A DNA stretch of 63,871 nucleotides, the filler included, from Octopus bimaculoides (Eukaryota): NCBI RefSeq assembly GCF_001194135.2. It is 8 parts of 7 records of this genome, joined end to end, with 100 filler letters (N's around TTAATTAATTAA, not from the genome) between each part and the next. Parts side by side here need not be neighbours in the genome. Positions count along the whole stretch, not along the records: positions 25,836 to 40,601 come from NC_069000.1; positions 40,702 to 53,132 come from NC_068981.1; 6 more parts are not named here. The stretch is one strand, 5' to 3'. Below the pieces are notes generated by a model. That model saw only the letters and a program-made list of their open reading frames with translations. It was not told the DNA's origin and ran no database searches. Each line of letters begins with the position of its first letter. Position 1 is the stretch's first letter. Shown one piece after another: positions 34,836-47,889 of this stretch. The position numbers and the translations under genes are program-made.

Positions 34836-34920
34836 AGCCCCGAGTGTGGATGGAGGTCACGACCTTCAGATTCTTCTTATTTGAGATGTGATTATGAGAC
34901 TGATGCGCTGCCTACTGCGC
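34836..34920 (-). pseudogene. elongator tRNA-Met(CAT) pseudogene with a 21-nt intron-like insertion
   Basis: GCGCAGTAGGCAGCGCATCAGTCTCATA[ATCACATCTCAAATAAGAAGA]ATCTGAAGGTCGTGACCTCCATCCACACTCGGGGC matches metazoan tRNA-Met(e); T-arm is degenerate and the 5' acceptor strand is replaced by (GA)n. Confidence 0.8.
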
Positions 34921-34939
34921 GCTCTCTCTCTCTCTCTCT

Positions 34940-34982
<43 letters not shown>

Positions 34983-35798
34983 NNNNNNNNNNNNNNNNNN
35001 NNNNNNNNNNNNNNNNNNNNNNNNNNNNNNNNNNNNNNNNNNNNNNNNNNNNNNNNNNNNNNNNNNNNNNNNNNNNNNNNNNNNNNNNNNNNNNNNNNNN
35101 NNNNNNNNNNNNNNNNNNNNNNNNNNNNNNNNNNNNNNNNNNNNNNNNNNNNNNNNNNNNNNNNNNNNNNNNNNNNNNNNNNNNNNNNNNNNNNNNNNNN
35201 NNNNNNNNNNNNNNNNNNNNNNNNNNNNNNNNNNNNNNNNNNNNNNNNNNNNNNNNNNNNNNNNNNNNNNNNNNNNNNNNNNNNNNNNNNNNNNNNNNNN
35301 NNNNNNNNNNNNNNNNNNNNNNNNNNNNNNNNNNNNNNNNNNNNNNNNNNNNNNNNNNNNNNNNNNNNNNNNNNNNNNNNNNNNNNNNNNNNNNNNNNNN
35401 NNNNNNNNNNNNNNNNNNNNNNNNNNNNNNNNNNNNNNNNNNNNNNNNNNNNNNNNNNNNNNNNNNNNNNNNNNNNNNNNNNNNNNNNNNNNNNNNNNNN
35501 NNNNNNNNNNNNNNNNNNNNNNNNNNNNNNNNNNNNNNNNNNNNNNNNNNNNNNNNNNNNNNNNNNNNNNNNNNNNNNNNNNNNNNNNNNNNNNNNNNNN
35601 NNNNNNNNNNNNNNNNNNNNNNNNNNNNNNNNNNNNNNNNNNNNNNNNNNNNNNNNNNNNNNNNNNNNNNNNNNNNNNNNNNNNNNNNNNNNNNNNNNNN
35701 NNNNNNNNNNNNNNNNNNNNNNNNNNNNNNNNNNNNNNNNNNNNNNNNNNNNNNNNNNNNNNNNNNNNNNNNNNNNNNATCCATCCATCCATCCATCC

Positions 35799-35882
<84 letters not shown>

Positions 35883-36176
35883 CACTAGCTAGCAGGATAG
35901 ATAGCTATCTAATATTTTTGAAAGTGGTCTCCTTCGGTGACAAAAAGAAAAAAAGAAAGTGATGACAACACTTCAAAAAAAAAAAAAAGTAAAAAGAAAT
36001 GATTAAAAATATGTTCTCAGTTAAATTTTATCAATAATAAATATTATCGCTGTCATTTCATCTGTTGTGTCGTCTGCTCTATTTGTCAGTTGCTGTTTTT
36101 ACAATATGGTGGTTCATTCCGCAACATCGAAACAACTTTTACTGATTTTGTCGTCATTACATTTGTTGCACACCAG

Positions 36177-36227
<51 letters not shown>

Positions 36228-36464
36228 CGTCAAACAATCATGCTTTGATCCCTATCTGATGATTTACGGTTCTGATTGTCTTGCTGCGTTGCTTGAGCTG
36301 ATATTATTTTTTTGTTACATCCGGTTCGTAAGTCTCTCTCCACAACATTCTTGTCAATTACAGCTTATAATTACTGTTTGATTATTGCTGTTAACGTTTT
36401 TAAACGAATAAAGTTAATCGAATTTCGTGCGAAGAGTTAATGCTTATACACACACACACACACA

Positions 36465-36517
<53 letters not shown>

Positions 36518-37292
36518 NNNNNNNNNNNNNNNNNNNNNNNNNNNNNNNNNNNNNNNNNNNNNNNNNNNNNNNNNNNNNNNNNNNNNNNNNNNNNNNNNNN
36601 NNNNNNNNNNNNNNNNNNNNNNNNNNNNNNNNNNNNNNNNNNNNNNNNNNNNNNNNNNNNNNNNNNNNNNNNNNNNNNNNNNNNNNNNNNNNNNNNNNNN
36701 NNNNNNNNNNNNNNNNNNNNNNNNNNNNNNNNNNNNNNNNNNNNNNNNNNNNNNNNNNNNNNNNNNNNNNNNNNNNNNNNNNNNNNNNNNNNNNNNNNNN
36801 NNNNNNNNNNNNNNNNNNNNNNNNNNNNNNNNNNNNNNNNNNNNNNNNNNNNNNNNNNNNNNNNNNNNNNNNNNNNNNNNNNNNNNNNNNNNNNNNNNNN
36901 NNNNNNNNNNNNNNNNNNNNNNNNNNNNNNNNNNNNNNNNNNNNNNNNNNNNNNNNNNNNNNNNNNNNNNNNNNNNNNNNNNNNNNNNNNNNNNNNNNNN
37001 NNNNNNNNNNNNNNNNNNNNNNNNNNNNNNNNNNNNNNNNNNNNNNNNNNNNNNNNNNNNNNNNNNNNNNNNNNNNNNNNNNNNNNNNNNNNNNNNNNNN
37101 NNNNNNNNNNNNNNNNNNNNNNNNNNNNNNNNNNNNNNNNNNNNNNNNNNNNNNNNNNNNNNNNNNNNNNNNNTCTCCTTCTTCGTTATTACAAAATGCT
37201 ACAGCCGTCATCATCGTTATCATCATATTTGCCATCTTCTTCATCACGACGACGACGAGGACCACCACCACCACCACCACAAACACCACCAG

Positions 37293-37348
<56 letters not shown>

Positions 37349-37664
37349 CCACCATCATCGTCATCATCAATCTGTCTTCATTATTCCCATCACGTGCGCC
37401 ATCTCCAGATGTTCTTTAATCACAAATAATTGCTAACACCGTTAATAATTTAATATCAATTAGCACCATCTTCATTACCAAAATGATCATCATAATTACC
37501 ATCAACCGTTAGTGCTATCATTAACACCATTAACACCACCGCCGCCACCCCCACCACCACTCACCATCAGTGTTTTAATCATCACACTTTTTACGACGTC
37601 GACGACGCTGACGAGCATCGTCTTCGTCATCGTCATCATCATCGTCATCATCATCATCATTAGC

Positions 37665-37697
<33 letters not shown>

Positions 37698-37874
37698 GTC
37701 ATCATCATCGTCATCATCATCATCATCATCATATCTTGTATCTGGAATATCGTCGGGCGATTACCGTACCCTATCAATTAAGCAACTGGAACGCTTGAGC
37801 TGCCATTCTACGAGAATCTCCAGTCTTATCAGGCCGCAATTGGAGGAAGGCACGACGGTCAGTCAGTTAATATA

Positions 37875-38299
37875 CCGTAAACCTTCGAGTATAATCCGCA
37901 TTTTATTCCCAAAATCTAAAGGTCAAAATTTCTAGTGCGTACCATATACGAGGTTAAAAATGAAAAATATTTTCTAAGCAAAATTTTCCAAGTGATAAAT
38001 ATGTAAAGGCAATTTACTTAATATATATTTTTCACTGACGTTATTACTGTTATTTCTTTATTTTCTGCAAACAAAGTACACAAAAAAGCTACACGTTTGC
38101 ATTATGTGATATATACAATAATAATAAAGCACGTTACCGTATATACGTTTACAAACCAAAGACGTTATATAGACCTCCTTGATTCAAGTTAGAGAAGGGG
38201 TGTGTATTATACACAAGGTTTAGGTTTTTCAGAGGTACAGCCCCCTAAAAATCCCCTGCGTATTATACTCAAGGGCAGACTATACACGAGGATTTACGG
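37875..38299. mobile_element. Tc2/pogo-like MITE
   Basis: TA|CCGTAAACCTTCGAGTATAATCCGC ... GCAGACTATACACGAGGATTTACGG|TA. Confidence 0.8.
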
Positions 38300-39246
38300 T
38301 ATATAAATAATTTAAAATAGGACGGTGCGCTGGCAGAATCGTTAGCACGCCGGGTGAACTTCTTTCTTTGTTGCCCACAAGAGGCCAACAAAGAGGGGAC
38401 AACACAAACACATGTGGGGACACATAGCACAAAATGATTAAAATGAAATTCAAATAAAACTATAATTATGATAATATGGATGAATAACGAGAATGAGAAA
38501 ATGGAAATGTACTGCTTGCCCCACCTCAAGCAGCATCACTCACTTCCTTTTATCTTGGGCTTCCCTTCAATATGAAGACCTCTATACCCATCATGACTGT
38601 CCGTCTGATAAGGGGACCCCAGGCACATGCATCACGGCCACATGTGCGTGACATAGGGATCTCATATCAAGATAAACAGCACATGACCTTGCCGATGGGG
38701 CCCAGTTAGAATTTTATTCAGGTCGAGTATCCCATCCCGTTCAAAGGACCCCTGAATAAGGGTTGTTTAAAGATAATCAACGAAACACCCATGAATTCCT
38801 CTCAACACATGGCTATGATGACTCGCCCCCCAACTACTTCTGCTCATGATCAGAGATGCACATATCGTCAGCCACTAAGGGACATGCTCAAACGGATAAG
38901 GTCGACAAGCAAATCTGTGGTATTGAGCAGAATATTTTCTGTAAGGCCATCTTTTATACCAAGACCAAATATGTAACTTCCAGTCAGTTAAGATCAGAAA
39001 CCATGACAACCACCTCCCGGTATTGCATCAGAGCATCTTACTACTACTACTGCATCATCATCATCATCATCATCATCAAGTACTACAACTTCATAGCATG
39101 TAATAGAAGTACTTTCTCATACTGATACGTCTAGATTACTATCATCATCATCATCATCATCGTCATCATCATCACCATCACCATCATCATCATCATCATC
39201 ACCACCACCGTCACCATCATCATCATCAGCAACCATCATCATCACC

Positions 39247-39277
<31 letters not shown>

Positions 39278-40250
39278 CCATCNNNNNNNNNNNNNNNNNN
39301 NNNNNNNNNNNNNNNNNNNNNNNNNNNNNNNNNNNNNNNNNNNNNNNNNNNNNNNNNNNNNNNNNNNNNNNNNNNNNNNNNNNNNNNNNNNNNNNNNNNN
39401 NNNNNNNNNNNNNNNNNNNNNNNNNNNNNNNNNNNNNNNNNNNNNNNNNNNNNNNNNNNNNNNNNNNNNNNNNNNNNNNNNNNNNNNNNNNNNNNNNNNN
39501 NNNNNNNNNNNNNNNNNNNNNNNNNNNNNNNNNNNNNNNNNNNNNNNNNNNNNNNNNNNNNNNNNNNNNNNNNNNNNNNNNNNNNNNNNNNNNNNNNNNN
39601 NNNNNNNNNNNNNNNNNNNNNNNNNNNNNNNNNNNNNNNNNNNNNNNNNNNNNNNNNNNNNNNNNNNNNNNNNNNNNNNNNNNNNNNNNNNNNNNNNNNN
39701 NNNNNNAAGGAAAGGAGACAAGCATCCTCAGCTGAATTTCCCTGTGTTGGCGTCAATTCATTTCTCTCTGTAAATACAAAATGGTTTATGTCGATCAATA
39801 TAAATCGAAGATAGATTGATAGATTTAATGAAATTAATAAAATCCCCAAAGGTAGCCATTTTATATTTCTTGTCCTTCCATCCGTATCTAATCATACAAT
39901 ATTCTTTGATGTCGTGTTATCGTTTGTGTCTGTTTAAATATTAATTTTCTAACATAGGTACCGCCGATTAAATTAGTCTCGACTGCTGGAACCCAAAAGA
40001 ATAAAAGAGTAAGTCGACCCGACGCGTTTCAAATTTGGAAAGTTAAAGGGCGGCAAGATATTTTCTCCAAAGTTCTGCTTATTCAGATTAATAACTATTT
40101 TCGTTTAAATATTTCTTAAATGTTTAAGTAGGATAAAAAAAGGTTGCCATTCCGTAATAAACCTTTCTACTATAGACACGAGGCTTGAAATTTGGGAGAC
40201 GGGGATAGTCGATTACATCAACCCCAGCAACCAGAGACATTCCGTAATAG

Positions 40251-40601
40251 TTGTTGGCACTCCGTCGCTTACGACGTCGAGAGTTCCAGTTGATCCGATC
40301 AACGGAACAGCCTGCTCGTGAAATTAACGTGCAAATGGCTGAGCACTCCACAGACACGTGTACCCTTAACGTAGTTCTCGGGGACATTCAGCGTGACACA
40401 GTGTGACAAGGCTGACCCTTTGAATTACAGGCACAACAGAAACAGGAAGTAAGATTGAGAGAAAGTTGTGGTGAAAGTGTACAGCAGGGTTCGCCACCAT
40501 CCCCTGCCGGAGCCTCGTGGAGCTTTTAGGTGTTTTCGCTTAATAAACACTCACAACGCCTGGTCTGGGAATCGAAACAGCGATCCTATGATCGCGAGTC
40601 C
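40251..40601 (-). mobile_element. tRNA-derived SINE (OR-like family), copy 3, head cut by a gap
   Basis: Closely similar to 27633-28016. Confidence 0.85.
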
Positions 40602-40775
40602 NNNNNNNNNNNNNNNNNNNNNNNNNNNNNNNNNNNNNNNNNNNNTTAATTAATTAANNNNNNNNNNNNNNNNNNNNNNNNNNNNNNNNNNNNNNNNNNN
40701 NTATGTATATGTATATATATATATGTATATATATATGTGTATATGTGTGTGTGTATGTGTGTATGTATACACGCG

Positions 40776-40809
<34 letters not shown>

Positions 40810-41079
40810 TATGGATATATATTTAATTAGGGCTTGGTTGAACAAAACAGATGCGACACAAATCGATACTAAAATGCATTTACAACGATGTTACAGTTAA
40901 TTGTTTGCTCTTTCAGTTTCCTTCCTTTTCTTGCCGATTGTCTTTCCAACAGCTGGGACAAAGAAACTCACTGCATACATTGCTAGGCCCTTAGCAAGAA
41001 CACGCTGGATTGTTTATTTACAAAATAAAATTACTTGTGTTGAACAAAATCATGTACAGGGTAGGTAGTCATTCTCATA

Positions 41080-42120
41080 TCCACTATGTTTTCAATACGT
41101 TTGTCGCACTCGTTGAAACAATCATTTGCTCTTCTTGCGGGTATGATAAGCCAGGAATCATACTCAATTAATTTCCAGGTCCTTTCTTGATCATTCCTAG
41201 TGCTCCTCCAACCATTAGTATTCTAACCGTCTTGAAATGCCACATTTCTCGATGCCAATGAACAAATCTTTATATTTTCTGAGATTGTCAAATTCTTTTT
41301 CCGAAATATTATCATCACAAGGATACTCGTGTCGATCAAGGAGCAGACTTTAATATTTTGGTCTTTTATAACAACATCGTTTTATTAGTCTTGATGGTTC
41401 CCTCTGTATGTCCTGGTAAGTTTCAAAGAATCGTTGAGTTTTCTCTCTTAGGATGATGCTTATATCACACGTCAACAGATTTGATTTGATAATGTCGGTA
41501 TATTAATCAGTGTAGATACTGGCCAACTCTGTCATGTCTTGATTTATATTCTACTGGTACTTAAGTTTTACATCCTGAGATTAAGTGGTTCACTGTTTCA
41601 ATCTCATCACTGAAGGATCAGCACTTTGGATTTACTCCATTTTTCATCACATTGACGTGGGTGTTCCGTGACTATAAGCATTGATCGTGAGCATTTAAGA
41701 TGAAGCTTTCGCTTTCTACCTTTTGTGCTGAGCTTCGAAGTGTCTCATAGGTGGGCTTCTGGGCAACACCAGCTTGTTTGCTACAAGCCACATAAATGCT
41801 GGGGTTTCTGCTCTCACCCAGAAGCCAGACGAGTTTTCTTGCGTGTTTTACTTCGCCATAAATTTTTCTTTCTTAACAAAACAGTTACCACACTTTCCAC
41901 ATATTTGACAGGTTGGGTATCATTCTTGAAGTCAATAGCAAGTTTTTTCTCTCCTTCATAATGAAATGAGACTTCTTAATCTCTCGTGATTTTCAACGAG
42001 TTTCAAAATCCAGTCGTTAGTTGTTTTAAGTTATATCTGGCCAGTCCAGTTGTTGTGGTTTTGTAAGAAATTTCTAATTGAACCAAACCACTGGAAAGGT
42101 AAAAGCAATTCATGTCTGCC
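41080..42120 (-). mobile_element. decayed R4/Dong-clade retrotransposon C-terminal region (CCHC and restriction-like endonuclease)
   Basis: ESFILNAHDQ, ETVNHLISGC, EYKSRHDRVGQYLH, VIKDQNIKVCSLID, KYKDL, VGGALGMIKKG in broken frames. Confidence 0.82.
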
Positions 42121-42610
42121 TTTCAGTGGTGCGTCTTATTCTAAGCCAGTAGCTGAATTTTTCTATCAATTTTCTATATTTCAATGATATTCCAGTTCAA
42201 CAGATTGAAGCTATAAGTAACATGTACAACTGCTAAGGAATTTATGACAAACTCCTTGTTATGTGCCTTTAACTCAGATTTCAGAAGTGCTTGTACTCTC
42301 CTATAACAATCCTTCCTGGTCTCCTGCCAGTGTCTTTACTTATTCCTAGTTATTTATCGATTTGTTCCTTTATAACTTTTTCAACACCTAACACGACGGA
42401 ATTTCAGGTTATCAGTTTCTCTTTCTTAAAAGTGATCTTCGCACACGTATCAAGGCCAAACTCCATCCAGCTGTCATCACTGAATACTTTCACAGTACGT
42501 AATATTTTCAACACACACACAAATATATATGCAGACATACAAACACAAACACATTCATATATATACATTCATATATATACATTCATATATATATACGTGT
42601 GTGCGTGTGC

Positions 42611-42654
<44 letters not shown>

Positions 42655-42723
42655 NNNNNNNNNNNNNNNNNCACGCATGCATATAAATATATATATATAT
42701 ATATGTGTGTGTGTGCATGTGTG

Positions 42724-42774
<51 letters not shown>

Positions 42775-43369
42775 ATATTCAGGCTCATATGTCCAACCCA
42801 TATGAATATTTCCGCTTTCCAAAAGAGGTCCATTTGAAATCCACAACACCATCGGCGTATGATTGTATTTGTTTTCGTAACACATTATTCTTTACGCTCA
42901 TCAGATTTTTACAAACTGGTGTCTATAGAAAATGAAATTTTATATGCAAATCATATTGTATCTGTGGTGATTAATGTATTAGGCAGTCAAACATTAATTA
43001 GTCTGAAGATCTGAATGAAAGAAATACTATCTTTACCGAAAGTAATATGGAAGATATAGAAAATATTTTGTGTTAATGCATGAATGTCTAACTTGATTTC
43101 TATTTTTAGCCTCTCTTCGTTTTAACTATATTTGTTTTATATATTATTCTATTATTGCTCCAATCTGATTTTTTTTCTTTTCGCTTTAAAGCTATCTTAT
43201 ACTGCATCCACAACACCATCGGCGACAGTCGAGGCAACACCAGCACTACGGTCAGGGATTACTTCTGCAACGACAACCCCAGTGATATGGCCAGACCCAA
43301 GCTCCCTGATAATTGTACCGATGACAGCTTGAGTAACAGCAGCGGCAACAACTCCGGGCTCTGAACCAA

Positions 43370-43730
43370 CAGAAGATATAGCACACGTGTGAACACAACC
43401 AGCGCTCAAGTTCGGAGATATATCCGGTCAGCCGGAACTGAATTTAAGAGGTGCCTATACAACCACAGGTCCTCCATCAGAAGTTCCGGAAAGACGGTAC
43501 GTCACTTTCCAAGCCAGCCATGTATGGTGAATTAAGAATAAAGGAACCCCGTGCGATATTAAATGAAGGTTCATAGAACAGCAGGGGTCCAACATAAACG
43601 GGAGCGTACGATGAAAGCTTTCCATAGCAGAGGGAACAAGCATCCTTAAAGACTCCCTGAACCCAACCTCTATTAAATTCTAGGTATGAGATTTATAGCC
43701 CCGGCCTCCACTACAAACGCAATCTGCTAT
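43370..43730 (+). mobile_element. Penelope-like GIY-YIG endonuclease remnant
   Basis: RYSTRVNTTSAQVRRYIRSAGTEFKRCLYNHRSSIR followed by SHVW*IKNKGTPCDIK*RFIE. Confidence 0.7.
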
Positions 43731-43984
43731 TGATATGGGAACTCCCATCCGTCGATTAAGCCGGAAAAAGCCCTCGCAGACTGGAAACAGTTTAAGGGTC
43801 GAGATTGCCTGTTCACCACTTAAGTCCATAAAATTTACGAACTTAACTGGTCTAAGGAATATAACTTGTTCTGGTTAAACCTCAGACGTTTACAAATTAA
43901 CTGACCGTAACGGATTTCTACCGCCGGTATGAAGTTGGTCATTCTATGACAAGACATATATTTGACTACATGTAAATGTGTGTA

Positions 43985-44051
<67 letters not shown>

Positions 44052-44727
44052 ACGTATCATGAGGGAAGAAAGAGATTGGGAAACATACACAGATAGATCA
44101 GTACTGGAAGATTGGGAGATACCTCATGAAATATAAACGCCAATAAGAAGATATAAATCGATGCTTACTTGATAGATAAATAGATGCATAAATACATAGA
44201 TAGGTACAAAAATAAATATATTGAATACAGAGAACTAACCAGGGACACAGTTAGTTTGATGTATTGAGAGAACGATGTGAACATCATTAACAAGCAAAAC
44301 TATTGCAACAAATATAACGTGTATATTCAAAATAACAATCGCAACAGAAGTATAATTTAAAAAAATAAAAATAAAAATAGAAAGGACAAATAGATGAAAA
44401 TATATATATCAGCCAATATGTAGTACTAACAAGCAGCATCGGCAACTACTAGTAGAACCAAGTACAGCAAAAGCAACAAAACAGGCAAAANNNNNNNNNN
44501 NNNNNNNNNNNNNNNNNNNNNNNNNNNNNNNNNNNNNNNNNNNNNNNNNNNNNNNNNNNNNNNNNNNNNNNNNNNNNNNNNNNNNNNNNNNNNNNNNNNN
44601 NNNNNNNNNNNNNNNNNNNNNNNNNNNNNNNNNNNNNNNNNNNNNNNNNNNNNNNNNNNNNNNNNNNNNNNNNNNNNNNNNNNNNNNNNNNNNNNNNNNN
44701 NNNNNNNNNNNNNNNNNNNNNNNNNNN

Positions 44728-44766
<39 letters not shown>

Positions 44767-45497
44767 TACATGACTATGGTTCTATTTGTGTGTGTATGTA
44801 TGTACATATATTGAGCATATGCAAATGTGTGTATATATGTATATGTAATATGTATATATATGTATTATGTATGTATGTATGCATGTATGCATGTATGTGT
44901 GTGTGTACACATTATAGGAGTGCTCAGAAACGTCGATCGATACGCAGCTCATTAGACACACAAACTCTCTTTCCTATTTTTTCTGTTCTTGTCATTTATC
45001 TTTCGCTTCTTCATATACATTCACTTCCACGCACCTTCCATCCACCATGATATTCTCTCATTTGCTCTCTTTCCGCTCTCTTCGCTTTAAAACTCATAGT
45101 AAGGAGCGTAGCATACATACATAAGAAACTACAAAATTATACGCAGACACACACAACAGATAATACACAGAAGCATAAACGTACTCATATGCTTTTCTCT
45201 TATCCCACGCACATGTCCGACATATTTAAACATACACGTATACATATGCACATTCTTTACTATGCGTGTGTATGTACCATCGTATATAAGTGTGTTGCGT
45301 ATGTGTGTATGCATGTGTGTGCGTTTGTGTTTGTGCGTGTGTGCGTGTGTGTGTGTTTGTGTGTGTGTGTCATGTACAATGATTCTGAGAGCAGAAGAAA
45401 AATAATATATACGTTTATGCATACATATATATTATAGATAAATATGTATACAACACAAACATATATGCCTATATGTATGTTTATATATGTGTGTATG

Positions 45498-45545
<48 letters not shown>

Positions 45546-45940
45546 CATGTACGTATGTATGTATGTATGTATGTATGTATGTATGTAGGTATGTAAGCAT
45601 ACACGCACACACGTAAAGGACATGTGTTCTCCACTCAGTCAATAAATGACTTTCCTAAGATATAGACCTAACTCGTCTCTTCCTTCCATCACGCACTACA
45701 CTTCTCCCAACTTCTTCCAACATTTTGTGCCAGCGAGCGTCTCTTGCTGAGTTTTTCGAATAATGAAGCCACTTACGAATTTGGTACGTGCTTAGTTTGT
45801 AGTCTACTCCGTGAATACATACATCTTGGCATAGATAAATACACACACATACACACATTCATACATACATGCGTAAATAGATGTCTGTATGCATGTATGT
45901 AAGTATATAAATATATACATATATATGTGTGTGTGTGTCT

Positions 45941-45984
<44 letters not shown>

Positions 45985-46857
45985 NNNNNNNNNNNNNNNN
46001 NNNNNNNNNNNNNNNNNNNNNNNNNNNNNNNNNNNNNNNNNNNNNNNNNNNNNNNNNNNNNNNNNNNNNNNNNNNNNNNNNNNNNNNNNNNNNNNNNNNN
46101 NNNNNNNNNNNNNNNNNNNNNNNNNNNNNNNNNNNNNNNNNNNNNNNNNNNNNNNNNNNNNNNNNNNNNNNNNNNNNNNNNNNNNNNNNNNNNNNNNNNN
46201 NNNNNNNNNNNNNNNNNNNNNNNNNNNNNNNNNNNNNNNNNNNNNNNNNNNNNNNNNNNNNNNNNNNNNNNNNNNNNNNNNNNNNNNNNNNNNNNNNNNN
46301 NNNNNNNNNNNNNNNNNNNNNNNNNNNNNNNNNNNNNNNNNNNNNNNNNNNNNNNNNNNNNNNNNNNNNNNNNNNNNNNNNNNNNNNNNNNNNNNNNNNN
46401 NNNNNNNNNNNNNNNNNNNNNNNNNNNNNNNNNNNNNNNNNNNNNNNNNNNNNNNNNNNNNNNNNNNNNNNNNNNNNNNNNNNNNNNNNNNNNNNNNNNN
46501 NNNNNNNNNNNNNNNNNNNNNNNNNNNNNNNNNNNNNNNNNNNNNNNNNNNNNNNNNNNNNNNNNNNNNNNNNNNNNNNNNNNNNNNNNNNNNNNNNNNN
46601 NNNNNNNNNNNNNNNNNNNNNNNNNNNNNNNNNNNNNNNNNNNNNNNNNNNNNNNNNNNNNNNNNNNNNNNNNNNNNNNNNNNNNNNNNNNNNNNNNNNN
46701 NNNNNNNNNNNNNNNNNNNNNNNNNNNNNNNNNNNNNNNNNNNNNNNNNNNNNNNNNNNNNNNNNNNNNNNNNNNNNNNNNNNNNNNNNNNNNNNNNNNN
46801 NNNNNNNNNNNNNNNNNNNNNNTTTTACTCGCATATATATATATATATATATATATA

Positions 46858-46917
<60 letters not shown>

Positions 46918-47828
46918 CACAAATACATATATATGTATGTATATACATAATGACATATGTTGTGATCCTTACTTTGGTGAGATAGCTAGAATATATTGAT
47001 ATACGTTATAAGCACACAGGCACACAACTATCGTAGATGCAGCAAACTGAAAAAGAAGTTATAAAGCATTGCCTTATAACAAAACACATTACTGAGTAAC
47101 AGAATAGGAAATGCAAATATATCTTCGTAAATGACGACATAGACAGAAATTTGTGCATTACCTTCACATAGGGTATGCATAATACGCATAACATAAAGAA
47201 GATTATTTCAACAGAACTACGAATATCTCTGTATGTTTGTGTGCGTGCGTGTATGAGTGTGTGTGTGTGTGTGCGTGTGTGTGTGTGTCCCCCGTGTACG
47301 CGTGTGTGAGTAGTTACTACGTGTGTGTGAGTAGTTACTGCCTCATCCTGTCAGGTGATAGCCTGATTGTTCTGATTTACTTTCACCCTTGTATATGAGA
47401 GTATATCCATTGCGATAAAACTTTATAGAAAACGAAACGGATCAAGAAATGAGACGATAGTGAGACATCCGTACCATTGGATATAAAAGAGATAAAAGCT
47501 TATACAACACTTTTAATCTCTCAGCCAACATAGAAGTACCAGTGACAAGCAGTGCCAGATGATACATATCATTCTGACTGGAAGTTTCGTCAGAATATCT
47601 TTATTCTAGAAGAGCTGCCTTCCCCATTTTGTCAAAAATAATAGGAGTCTTCTCTACCCTGGGAAATCTATTTGAGCCTGAAAAGCACTACCGTTCCGGG
47701 TCAAGACGAGCCTGGAAGTAACGATAATTAAGGAGTGACACCCCGTTTTCCACAACACCAGGACTTCCAACTGCATTTACACGTCCGGATAGACATTAAA
47801 GCTATATCTAGGACAAAGAGTATAAACA

Positions 47829-47889
<61 letters not shown>

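Noticed and set aside
43770-43800. Possible hammerhead remnant after the GIY-YIG fragment
   Set aside because: CUGANGA core not recoverable
45649-45858. Minus-strand ORF or 30-nt exon candidate (VDYKLSTYQI)
   Set aside because: Weak acceptor, begins in microsatellite, no recognisable motif
47564-47589. Hairpin ATTCTGAC-N10-GTCAGAAT containing GAAAC on the minus strand
   Set aside because: Short stem and no complete hammerhead topology
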